Assembly: GCF_964355755.1 (NCBI RefSeq) | Contig: NC_092671.1 | Coordinates: forward strand, 25,122,070 to 25,186,069 | DNA: 64,000 nucleotides | Direction: 5' to 3' | DNA from: Antedon mediterranea | Taxonomy: Eukaryota; Animalia; Echinodermata | Shown here: one piece after another, positions 1 to 10,490 of the stretch | How the letters are laid out: every line of letters begins with the position of its first letter | How positions within the stretch are numbered: position 1 is the first letter of the stretch | The notes under the pieces: model-generated | The model's database searches: none | Told to the model about the DNA's origin: nothing | Seen by the model: the letters and a program-made list of their open reading frames with translations, nothing else | Program-made: the position numbers and the translations under genes

Positions 1-299
1 ATCGACAATAAAACTATAAAATGTTTACGTCGGCCGGGAATCGAACCCGGGACAACTGCTTGGAAGGCAACTATGTTAACCACTACACCACCGACGCACG
101 CATTATAATCGGGTTATGCTGTATTTCCATGGATCAAATTGACAATAAAACTATAATTTGTCTGCGTCGGACGGGAATCGAACCCGGGACAATTGCTTGG
201 AAGGAGACTATGTTAACCACTACACCACCGACGCGCGAACTACAGTCGAGTTATGCTGTGTTTCTATGGATCAAATCGACAATAAAACTATAAAATGTT

Positions 300-371
300 T
301 GCGTCGGCCGGGAATCGAACCCGGGACAATTGCTTGGAAGGCAACTATGTTAACCACTACACCACCGACGC
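300..371 (-). tRNA. tRNA-Gly(TCC), consensus-intact copy
   Basis: Exact array consensus; all stems pair. Confidence 0.93.
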
Positions 372-436
372 GCGTACTACAGTCGAGTTATGCTGTGTTT
401 CTATGGATCAAATCGACAATAAAACTGTAAAATGTT

Positions 437-508
437 TGCGTCGGCCGGGAATCGAACCCGGGACAATTGCTTGGAAGGCAACTATGTTAACCACTACACC
501 ACCGACGC
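437..508 (-). tRNA. tRNA-Gly(TCC), consensus-intact copy
   Basis: Exact array consensus. Confidence 0.93.
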
Positions 509-573
509 GCATACTACAGCCGAGTTATGCTGTGTTTCTATGGATCAAATCGACAATAAAACTATAAAATGTT

Positions 574-645
574 TGCGTCGGCCGGGAATCGAACCCGGGA
601 CAATTGCTTGGAAGGCAACTATGTTAACCACTACACCACCGACGC
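574..645 (-). tRNA. tRNA-Gly(TCC), consensus-intact copy
   Basis: Exact array consensus. Confidence 0.93.
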
Positions 646-1644
646 GCGTACTACAGTCGAGTTATGCTGTGTTTCTATGGATCAAATCGACAATAAAACT
701 ATAAAATGTTTGCCTCGGCAGAGAATCGAACCAGAGACAATTGCTTGGCAGGCAACTATGTTAACCACTACACCACATTACAATGGAGTTATTCTGTTTT
801 TCTATAGATCACATTGACTAATAAACTTTGAAAACATTGGGTCGGCCGGGAATTGAACCCGGGACAATTGATTGAAACGCAACTAACCACTACACAACCG
901 ACGTCGTACTACAGTCGAGTAATGCTGTGTTTCTATGGATCAAATCGACAATAAAACTATAAAATGTTTGCGTCGGCCGGAAATCGAACCCGGGACAATT
1001 GCTTGGAAGGCAACTATGTTAACCACTACACCACCGACGCGCCTACTACAGTCGAGTTATGCTGTGTTTCTATGGATCAAATCGACAATAAAACTATAAA
1101 ATGTTTGCGTCGGCCGGGAATCGCACCCGGGACAATTGCTTGGAAGGCAACTATGTTAACCACTACACCACCGACGCGCGTACTACAGTCGAGTTATGCT
1201 GTGTTTCTATGGATCAAATCGACAATAAAACTATAAAATGTTTGCGTCGGCCGGGAATCGAAGCCGGGAAAATTGCTTGGAAGGCAACTATGTTAACCAC
1301 TACACCACCGACGCGCGTACTACAGTCGCGTTATGCTGTGTTTCTATGGATTAAGTCGACAATAAAACTATAAAATGTTTGCGTCGGCCGGGAATCGAAC
1401 CCATGACAACTGCTTGGGAGGCAACTATGTTAACCACAACACCACATTACAATGGAGTTATTCTGTGTTTTTACAGATCACATTGACTAATAAACTTTGA
1501 AAACATTGCGTCGGCCAGGAATTGAACCCTGGACAATTGCTTGGAACGCAACTATGTTAAAACCACTACACAACCGACGTCGTACTACAGTCGAGTTATA
1601 CTGTGTTTCTATGGAAAAAATCGACAATAAAACTATAAAATGTT

Positions 1645-1716
1645 TGCGTCGGCCGGGAATCGAACCCGGGACAATTGCTTGGAAGGCAACTATGTTAACC
1701 ACTACACCACCGACGC
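1645..1716 (-). tRNA. tRNA-Gly(TCC), consensus-intact copy
   Basis: Exact array consensus. Confidence 0.93.
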
Positions 1717-1918
1717 GCCTACTACAGTCGAGTTATGCTGTGTTTCTATGGATCAAATCGACAATAAAACTATAAAATGTTTACGTCGGCCGGGAATCGA
1801 ACCCGGGACAATTGCTTGGAAGGCAACTATGTTAACCACTACACCACCGACGCGCGAACTACAGTCGAGTTATGCTGTGTTTCTATGGATCAAATCGACA
1901 ATAAAACTATAAAATGTT

Positions 1919-1990
1919 TGCGTCGGCCGGGAATCGAACCCGGGACAATTGCTTGGAAGGCAACTATGTTAACCACTACACCACCGACGC
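1919..1990 (-). tRNA. tRNA-Gly(TCC), consensus-intact copy
   Basis: Exact array consensus. Confidence 0.93.
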
Positions 1991-2805
1991 GCGTACTACA
2001 GTCGAGTTATGCTGTGTTTCTATGGATCAAATCGACAATAAAACTATAAAATGTTTGCCTCGGCAGGGAATCGAACCAGAGACAATTGCTTGGAAGGCAA
2101 CTATGTTAACCACTACACCACCGACGCGCGTACTACAGTCGAGTTATGCTGTGTTTCTATGGATCAAATTGACAATAAAACTATAAAATGTTTGCGTCGG
2201 CAGGGAATCGAACCCGGGACAATTGCTTGGAAGGCAACTATGTTAACCACTACACAACCGATGCCCGAACTACAGTCGAGTTATACTGTGTTTCTATGGA
2301 CCAAATCGACAATAAAACTATAAAATGTTTGCCTCGGCAGGGAATCGAACCCGGGACAATTGCTTGGAAGGCAACTATGTTAAACACTACACCACCGACG
2401 CGCGTACTACAGTCGAGTTATGCTGTGTTTCTATGGATCAAATCGACAATAAAACTATAAAATGTTTGCGTCGCCAGTGAATCGAACCCGGGATAATTGC
2501 TTGGAAGGCAACTATGTTAACCACTACACCACATTACAATGGAGTTATTCTGTGTTTCTACAGATGTAGAAGGCAACTATGTTAACCACTACACCAACGA
2601 CGCGTGTATTACAGTCGAGTTATGCTGTTTTTCTATAGATGAAATCGACAATAAAACTATAAAATGTTGGCGTCGGCCGGGAATCGAACACGGGACAATT
2701 GCTTGGAAGGCAACTATGTTAACCACTACACCACCGACGCGCGTACTACAGTCAAGTTATGCTGTGTTTCTATGGATGAAATCGACAATAAAACTAAAAA
2801 ATCTT

Positions 2806-2877
2806 TGCGTCGGCCGGGAATCGAACCCGGGACAATTGCTTGGAAGGCAACTATGTTAACCACTACACCACCGACGC
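2806..2877 (-). tRNA. tRNA-Gly(TCC), consensus-intact copy
   Basis: Exact array consensus. Confidence 0.93.
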
Positions 2878-4324
2878 GCGTACTACAGTCGAGTTATGCT
2901 GTGTTTCTATGGATCAAATCGACAATAAAACTATAAAATGTTTGCGTCGGCCGGGAATCGAACCGGGACAATTGCTTGGAAGGCAACTATGTTAACCACT
3001 ACACCACCGACGCAGGTACTACAGTCGAGTTATGCTGTGTTTCTATGGATCAAATCGACAATAAAATTATAAAATGTGTGCGTTGGCCGGGAATCGAACC
3101 CGGGACAATTGCTTGGAAGGCAACTATATTAACCACTACACCACCGACGCGCGTACTACAGTCGAGTTATGCTGTGTTTCTATGGATCAAATCCACAATA
3201 AAACTATAAAATGTTTGCGTCGGCCGGGAATCGAACCCGGGAGAATTGCTTGGAAGGCAACTATGTTAACCACTACACCACCGACGCGCGTACTACAGTC
3301 GAGTTATGCTGTGTTTCTATGGATCAAATCGACACTAAAACTATGCAATGTTTGCGTCGGCCGGGAATCGAACCCGGGACAATTGCTTGGAAGGCAACTA
3401 TGTTAACCACTACTCCACCGACGCGCGTACTACAGTCGAGTTATGCTGTGTTTCTATGGATCAAATCGACAATAAAACTATAAAATGTTTGCGTCGGCCT
3501 GGAATCGAACCCGGGACAATTGCTTGGAAGGCAACTATGTTAACCACTACACCACTGACGCGCGAACTACAGTCGAGTTATGCTGTGTTTCTATGGATCA
3601 AATCCGAATCGAAAATAAAACTATAAAATGTTTGCGTCGGCCGGTAATCGAACCCGGGACAATTGCTTGGAAGGCAACTATGTTAACCACTACACAACCG
3701 ACGCACGTACTACAGTCGCGTTATGCTGTTTTTCTATGGAACAAATCGACAATAAAACTATAAAATGTTTGCCTCGGCCGGGAATCGAACCCAGGACAAC
3801 TGCTTGGGATTCAACTATATTAACCACTACACCACATTACAATGGAGTTATTCTGTGTTTCTACAGATCACATTGACTAATAAACTTTGAAAACATTGCG
3901 TCGGCCAGGAATTGAACCCGGGACAATTGCTTGAAACGCAACTATGTTAATTAAACCACTACACAACCGACGTCGTACTACAGTCGAGTTATGCTGTGTT
4001 TCTATGGATCAAATCGACAATAAAACTATAAAATGTTTGCGTCGGCCGGTAATCGAGCCCGGGGGACAATTGCTTGGAAGGCAACTATGTTAACCACTAC
4101 ACCACCGACGAGCGTACTACAGTCGAGTTATGCTGTGTTTCTATGGATCAAATCGACAATAAAACTATAAAATGTTTGCGTCGGCAGGGAATCGAACCCG
4201 GGACAATTGCTGGGAAGGCAACTATGTTAACCACTACACCACCAACGCAGGTACTATAGTGGAGTTATGCTGTGTTTCTATAGATTTGATCCATAGAAAC
4301 ACAGTATAACTCGACTGTAGTACG

Positions 4325-4971
4325 ACGTCGGTTGTGTAGTGGTTAATTAACATAGTTGCGTTCCAAGCAATTGTCCCGGGTTCGATTCCGGCCGACGCAA
4401 ACATTTTATAGTTTTATTGTCGATTATTTGATCCGTAGAAACACAGCATAACTCCACTATAGTACCTGCGTTGATGGTGTAGTGGTTAACATAGTTGCCG
4501 TCCAAGCAATTGTCCCGTGTTCGATTCCCGGCCGACGCAAATATTTTACAGTTTATTGTCGATTTGGACCATGATAACACAACATAACTCCATCGTAATA
4601 CGTGTGTCGGTGGTGCGGTGGTTAACTATGTTGATTCACTAAGGTGATTTTATTTAATAAACTTTTACTATATTTTGTTTTGTATTCATTCGTGTAAAGT
4701 AATGATCTACTGTATGTTTTTTTTTTGGGGGGGGGGGGGGGGTGGGGGTGTATGATAGGGGTTGATAGTTGCCTTTGCCTTTTTACTTTTCTGTTAATTG
4801 TTATATTTTATATTGTTATTGTAAAGGATGCACCTTTGTGCTAAGTGTGCCACCGATCTAAAGGTGTAATTCCAAATAAATAAATAAATAAATGTTGCCT
4901 TCCAAGCAATTGTCCCGGGTTCGATTCCCGGCCGACGCAGACGGTGTAGTGGTTAACATAGTTTCCTTCCA
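4325..4971 (+). pseudogene. Inverted (plus-strand) degenerate tRNA-Gly copies: 4325-4399, 4468-4539, a split copy at 4604-4633/4894-4939, and a fragment at 4943-4971
   Basis: Same tRNA and spacer sequence in the opposite orientation, with stem-breaking substitutions and indels. Confidence 0.85.
4634..4891 (+). mobile_element. Short 3' fragment of a non-LTR retroposon inserted into a tRNA-Gly copy
   Basis: Ends in an (AAAT)n tail; flanked by ATGTTG at 4628-4633 and 4892-4897 (putative TSD); the tRNA halves on either side rejoin when it is removed. Confidence 0.55.
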
Positions 4972-5053
4972 TAGTTCGTCATAAACATCTTATGCCTAGT
5001 TATTGGTTAAAAGTTCCATACTTCTTTGACAATAGCAACGTTTTTTTTAATAG

Positions 5054-8000
5054 GATGTTCCCACAAACACACTTGTATCATTTCTGCGACCATTTGAAAC
5101 AGAATTATGGATACTGGTGTTCCTAGCTATACATGTAGTTGCCTTCTTTCTATTCATTTTGGATCGGCTTAGCCCCTTTAGCCGTATGCACACTGGTAGA
5201 TCTGGACAAGAGCAAGACGCATTGAATCTCTCACGAGCCCTTTGGTTTTCTTGGGGTGTGCTCTTTAATAGCGGGATTGGTGAAGGTAAGTTTTTTATTT
5301 TGCTCCTTCTACAAGAATTTTATTTTTTTCATTCAGCAAAAATATACGCTAAAATATTTAAATGTAATTGGTGATATCATTTCTTCCGTGTGCAATCAGG
5401 CAATACAACAAGCAATTTTAAAGATAACTTGAGACGTTTTATATTTTATTCTTTATATAGTATTTTAATATTTATACTGTTCATAATGTTTTATACATAG
5501 CATATTTTCTTATATATTATCTTATCCATTGTATAGTATTGTATGTTTTTAACTGTTGTTATTTTTATTGTAATTTGAACCTTGGAAGGCAAATTTCATT
5601 TACTTTGTATTTGACAATAAATTTTAACTTGAACTTGAACTTGAACTATATACCTATTTCTGGTATATCGACTTTCGCCTTTCCTTCTTTGACCATTGTG
5701 ATCGTTAAACAAAATCGCACACACTGTAAAATAGCCCTGTAAACAGTATAATAAATACAATAATTTTGTTTCTGTTACATTACAGTCAATATTTACATAT
5801 CATTACTATTTTTTTAGGAACACCACGTAGTCTGAGCGCACGCGTAGTGGGCATGGTGTGGGCCTTCTTTTCCATGATCATGCTGGCATCGTATACGGCT
5901 AATCTGGCAGCCTTTCTCGTACTAGAAAAGCCGGAGGGAAAGATATCAGGAATAAATGACGCACGGGTAAGTAGATCTATAGAAAGTACGATGTTGTTTT
6001 GCCTGTTTCTACTAGGAAACAATTAACGTTCTCGGTAATCTATCCGATATTGTTCCTCTAATGCTTGGCTCCCACTTAAGCGCAACGTAAGTAATTTGAC
6101 AAATTACAAGCGATAGAATATATATATATTATCCAAACCTGTCATTTTGTCAACTCGCTTACGTTGTGCTTACGTCTTCGCGTTGCGCCCGAGTGGGAAT
6201 CAACCCGTATTTGAACTACGGTACTAATCAGTTGATATAAGGTTTTAAGAATACTGTTTCATGACGTAGTCTAAATAATGTAATGGTCCATTGCTTACAT
6301 TAATTCTTAGATGCGTAATCCGTCCAACACGTTCAAGTTTGCCACAGTCAAAGGGAGCTCAGTGGACGCGTATTTTCGACGTCAGGTCGAACTCTCCACG
6401 ATGTATACTTTTATGACGAATTTCAATTATGTAAATGCTGATGAAGCAGTCGAGGCTGTAAGAAGTGGGTAAGATGGATAGTTAGAAACTAATTTCTTCT
6501 CTTCCTCCACTCTTTTTAAAAATAGCTATTTAATACAGATAATATTATAATCTTTGTTTTTTGACATGTGAGATCTGCTTCAATAAAATACGTAATGATC
6601 TATTTCTTTATATAGTGAACTAGATGCATTTATATGGGATTCAGCCATGCTAGACTACCAGACGTCTAGAGATTGTAACCTTGTTACAGTAGGAGAGTTA
6701 TTCGGTAAATCAGGGTTTGGTATAGGCTTACCAAAAGGTAGTCTGTGGACGCAAGAAGTATCTTTGGCAATTTTACATTTGCAAGAAGGAGGTGTGATGG
6801 AACAACTTGATTCACAATGGATTAGTTATCGAAATTGCCCAGTGGTGGACAATCAGCCAGCAACGCTGAATCTTGAAAATATGGGAGGTTGGTACGCCAA
6901 AGACATTTAACCAATACTAGGCCTAATTTTGTAAACCGTCATCTTACAGGCCTAAACAATTTTTACCAAATCAGAAAATACATTCAGCCTACTTGGGAAA
7001 TCAATTGACAAAAAAAACAGAACATCAGAACATTTAGGTTTGTTTTCTAATGAACGCCGCATTCTGTAAATTAATAATAATACTATTAATCTCATTTTCT
7101 ACATGAACACAGGAACGTTTTTACTGATTGGTTTTGCGGTATTTGGCGGCTTATTTATGATTGTTATAGAACGGAAATACAAAGAATACCACGACCGAAA
7201 GAAACAGCAAAAAGATCTTGCCGGCCAGGTTACCCTTAAATGGAAGGCACAATTGAAGGTGAGTTACTTTACTATTTAAAAGTAATATTTTTTTATTCAA
7301 CAACCATTTTGGTCAAAGACTGCTGCTGGTATGTTAATTACATTTTTAGAGTTGAATCCATAGAACATAATTCTAACGTTGAGTTAAAAATGCATGTTGC
7401 ACATTGCGTAGGCGTTACACTTTACTTACGTTTATCTTTCTTCACCAATGCGTACAAATTGGTCCTTAATTATTAAGGTCAAACCCCGGGTCAAATACGA
7501 TTATAAACACTGTTATAATTATTTTTGTAGAAACGACAAACAGACGACAAAAAACAGAAAGAGACACAGAACGAGTCGTGTTCAGAAGAGGAAGAACTTG
7601 CATTACTTGAAAAGGGTAAATTAAATAATGTTTAGTTTATATTTCCGGCAAAATAAAACACCTGTAGACTGTGCCGGCTCTAGCTCGCTTTTAAGTCGCG
7701 TGCGTGCAACGCGACTCTACAGCTCATTATGTCGGTCGGTCGGTAAACACTGAGCACTAGGGTCATAGAGAAGCAACGCAAGCGAGCTGACCAATCAGCG
7801 ACATTTCGAATGATCCATCGCTTGTGATTGTTCAAATCTTACTTACGTTGCGTTACGTCCTTGTGTTGCGTCTTTAGTTGTAACCAAGCATAATAGGCTA
7901 CTATCAAAGTTCTTTGCTACTATTAAGATGATATTTTACCGGGGACTAGCCCACGCCGGTTATTGACAGTTTACATCCTCATTTTCAAAAGAGGAGGTAA

Positions 8001-8417
8001 TGTTTTCTGAAAGCCAAACTTATGATTCTCAATATATAGATAAAATGCACAATATTCCATCGGAGACAGTAGTCTTGAAGTATAGCTGAGAAAAAGTTTT
8101 GATCTGTGACCAGTATTATATTTTTGAGAATGAAAATTATACATTATTTTATGCTATTCATGTTTTTAGAATGTCTTTGAGTTTATCCCATCATATCAAC
8201 AATTATTAGGAGGCCTACTGCCATTCCTGCAACGGCAGATGTTTTAAACTATTCTCTGATTACAATAATTCTTTTTACAGTAAAAGTTGGATGTCTTTTT
8301 CTTTGTCTAGAAATGGACTCTGTAAATGGTCGAATAGCGGGACGGATGGATAAGTTTGATTACAACTCGAAACCAAACAGCACTAGCAACCACACGTCTA
8401 CCGATACACCCGTATGA
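5054..8417 (+). CDS. GRIN1: NMDA-type glutamate receptor subunit GluN1, 3' part (M1-M4, S2, C-tail); 5' exons lie left of the window
   Basis: Exons 5054-5285, 5818-5966, 6311-6468, 6616-6887, 7113-7258, 7531-7615, 8311-8417, all AG/GT and phase-compatible. Translation includes [16 protein letters not shown] (pore N site), [35 protein letters not shown] and [11 protein letters not shown], and ends ..STDTPV*. The last two exons rest on splice signals and phase only. Confidence 0.96.
6065..6205. mobile_element. Short MITE-like repeat (GGTTCCCACT/CGCAACG family); related copies near 7755-7890, 27050-27200 and clustered at 49136-49840
   Basis: Imperfect terminal inverted repeats TTGGCTCCCACT...AGTGGGAATCAA with internal CGCAACGTAAG/CTTACGTTG motifs shared between copies. 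Confidence 0.55.
7689..7745 (+). mobile_element. Helentron/DINE-1-like non-autonomous fragment
   Basis: T-run, then short inverted repeat AGTCGCGT..ACGCGACT, then (GTCG)n microsatellite, the usual HINE layout. Confidence 0.4.
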
Positions 8418-9330
8418 AATCTTGACCGCTAAAATGTTCGCTGATTCTGCACAATGTACTGTTCTGCACTCTTTACATTTGTGTTCTTTTTTAAAGTAAA
8501 CCTATTCATAGAAAATCTCAACCAGGAATATTTGGCTTTCGTTAAATACGTTAAAGGAAGCTGCTCTGAATTGAATACAAGGCTGTGAATGTTTTTACGA
8601 AGCAAGATGTTCCATGGCATAACTGGAAGATCATTTTGAAATTCATCTGTTTTTTGATTGATAATCAGTTTAAAAAAAAAATTATGGATCTATTATGCTA
8701 TTATTTCTATTATTGCTAAAATGTAGATAAGATATTATGTGTCATTCATAAAGATGTATCACCCCCGCACCCCCTCAGTTAAATTCAACCAAAAACTCAT
8801 TGGCTTGGCAGCCAATTTGACACTTTATTGCTTTAAATTACAATTTTTCAGGTAAATAATTTAGTTTTTTCGATCCAATTTTTGGGCAAAGTGAATAACT
8901 ATTGGAACAAAAATAGCATATTCAATTTTTCGGGGGACAATATATATTTAAGTATAAAGTTTAAACTTAAGACACCAATTTACACACGTAGTTAGGCCTA
9001 CCTCATTATCAATATTTCTACGATTTAATTATACGTACCAAAAAGAAATAAATCATATTATTATTATCTCTTATTTTTATGAACATTTGTGTCCAGCTGA
9101 CACTGAGGAGGTACGATTAAATACTTCTATATGATTTAAATAATAAACAACACTTTGTATTACTTTTAGATCAAATTAATTGCATTTTATCAGAACATTT
9201 GTTTGATCTAAATAGATGCACTAGTGTTAACGATAAACTGATCACACATTGAAAGTGTTATATAGATATAAAACGATCAAAATAATTGTATAATTACATA
9301 ATAATAAATGTGCTGTTAATTAAGATGAAA

Positions 9331-10490
9331 ACGATTAGTTGGATACCTGGGAAGGAAGCGCCTCTCAATGGATCTATGTATGATGTATACGATTAGTTGG
9401 AAACCTGGGAAGGAAGCGCCTCTCAATGGATCTATGTATGATGTATACGATTAGTTGGATACCTGGGAAGGAAGCGCCTCTCAATGGATCTATGTATGAT
9501 GTATACGATTAGTTGGATACCTGGGAAGGAAGCGCCTCTCAATGGATCTATGTATGATGTATACGATTAGTTGGATACCTGGGAAGGAAGCGCCTCTCAA
9601 TGGATCTATGTATGATGTATACGATTAGTTGGATACCTGGGAAGGAAGCGCCTCTCAATGGATCTATGTATGATGTATACGATTACTTGAATACCTGGGA
9701 AGGAAGCGCCTCTCAATGGATCTATGTATGATGTATACGATTAGTTAGATACCTGGGAAGGAAACGCCTCTCAATGGATCTATGTATGATGTATACGATT
9801 AGTTGGATACCTGGGAAGGAAGCGCCTCTCAATGGATCTATGTATGATGTATACGATTAGTTGGATACCTGGGAAGGAAGCGCCTCTCAATGGATCTATG
9901 TATGATGTATACGATTAGTTAGATACCTGGGAAGGAAACGCCTCTCAATGGATCTATGTATGATGTATACGATTAGTTGGATACCTGGGAAGGAAGCGCC
10001 TCTCAATGGATCTATGTATGATGTATACGATTAGTTGGATACCTGGGAAGGAAGCGCCTCTCAATGGATCTATGTATGATGTATACGATTAGTTGGATAC
10101 CTGGGAAGGAAGCGCCTCTCAATGGATCTATGTATGATGTATACGATTAGTTGGATACATGGGAAGGAAGCGCCTCTCAATGGATCTATGTATGATGTAT
10201 ACGATTAGTTGGATACCTAGGAAGGAAGCGCCTCTCAATGGATCTATGTATGATGTATACGATTAGTTGGATACCTGGGAAGGAAGCGCCTCTCAATGGA
10301 TCTATGTATGATGTATACGATTAGTTGGATACATGGGAAGGAAGCGCCTCTCAATGGATCTATGTATGATGTATACGATTAGTTGGATACCTGGGAAGGA
10401 AGCGCCTCTCAATGGATCTATGTATGATGTATACGATTAGTTGGATACCTGGGAAGGAAGCGCCTCTCAATGGATCTATGTATGATGTAT
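9331..10490. repeat. 58-bp minisatellite, about 20 copies
   Basis: Unit ACGATTAGTTGGATACCTGGGAAGGAAGCGCCTCTCAATGGATCTATGTATGATGTAT, head-to-tail with no spacers. Confidence 0.97.

Larger units (their letters stand above)
26..4250 (-). tRNA. Tandem array of about 31 tRNA-Gly(TCC) genes and pseudogenes, 137-bp period; array runs off the left edge of the window
   Basis: Minus-strand unit GCGTCGGTGGTGTAGTGGTTAACATAGTTGCCTTCCAAGCAATTGTCCCGGGTTCGATTCCCGGCCGACGCA (72 nt) folds as a cloverleaf: acceptor GCGTCGG/CCGACGC plus A73, anticodon loop CT-TCC-AA, T-loop TTCGATT. It has A and B boxes, and a TTTT Pol III terminator 4 nt downstream in the 65-bp spacer. Very close to the known metazoan Gly-TCC. 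Confidence 0.96.

Noticed and set aside
21-4580. Series of ~90-aa ORFs (MFASAGNRTRDNCLEG...)
   Set aside because: Shadow translations across the tRNA-Gly repeat units; no coding signal.
4894-4971. Apparent circularly permuted tRNA (3' half before 5' half)
   Set aside because: The 3' half belongs to the copy split by the 4634-4891 insertion, and the following piece lacks the acceptor 5' strand.
9331-10490. CRISPR-like regular repeats here and at 34059-35106 and 50016-51043
   Set aside because: Head-to-tail units without unique spacers, no cas genes, eukaryotic intron-rich context.
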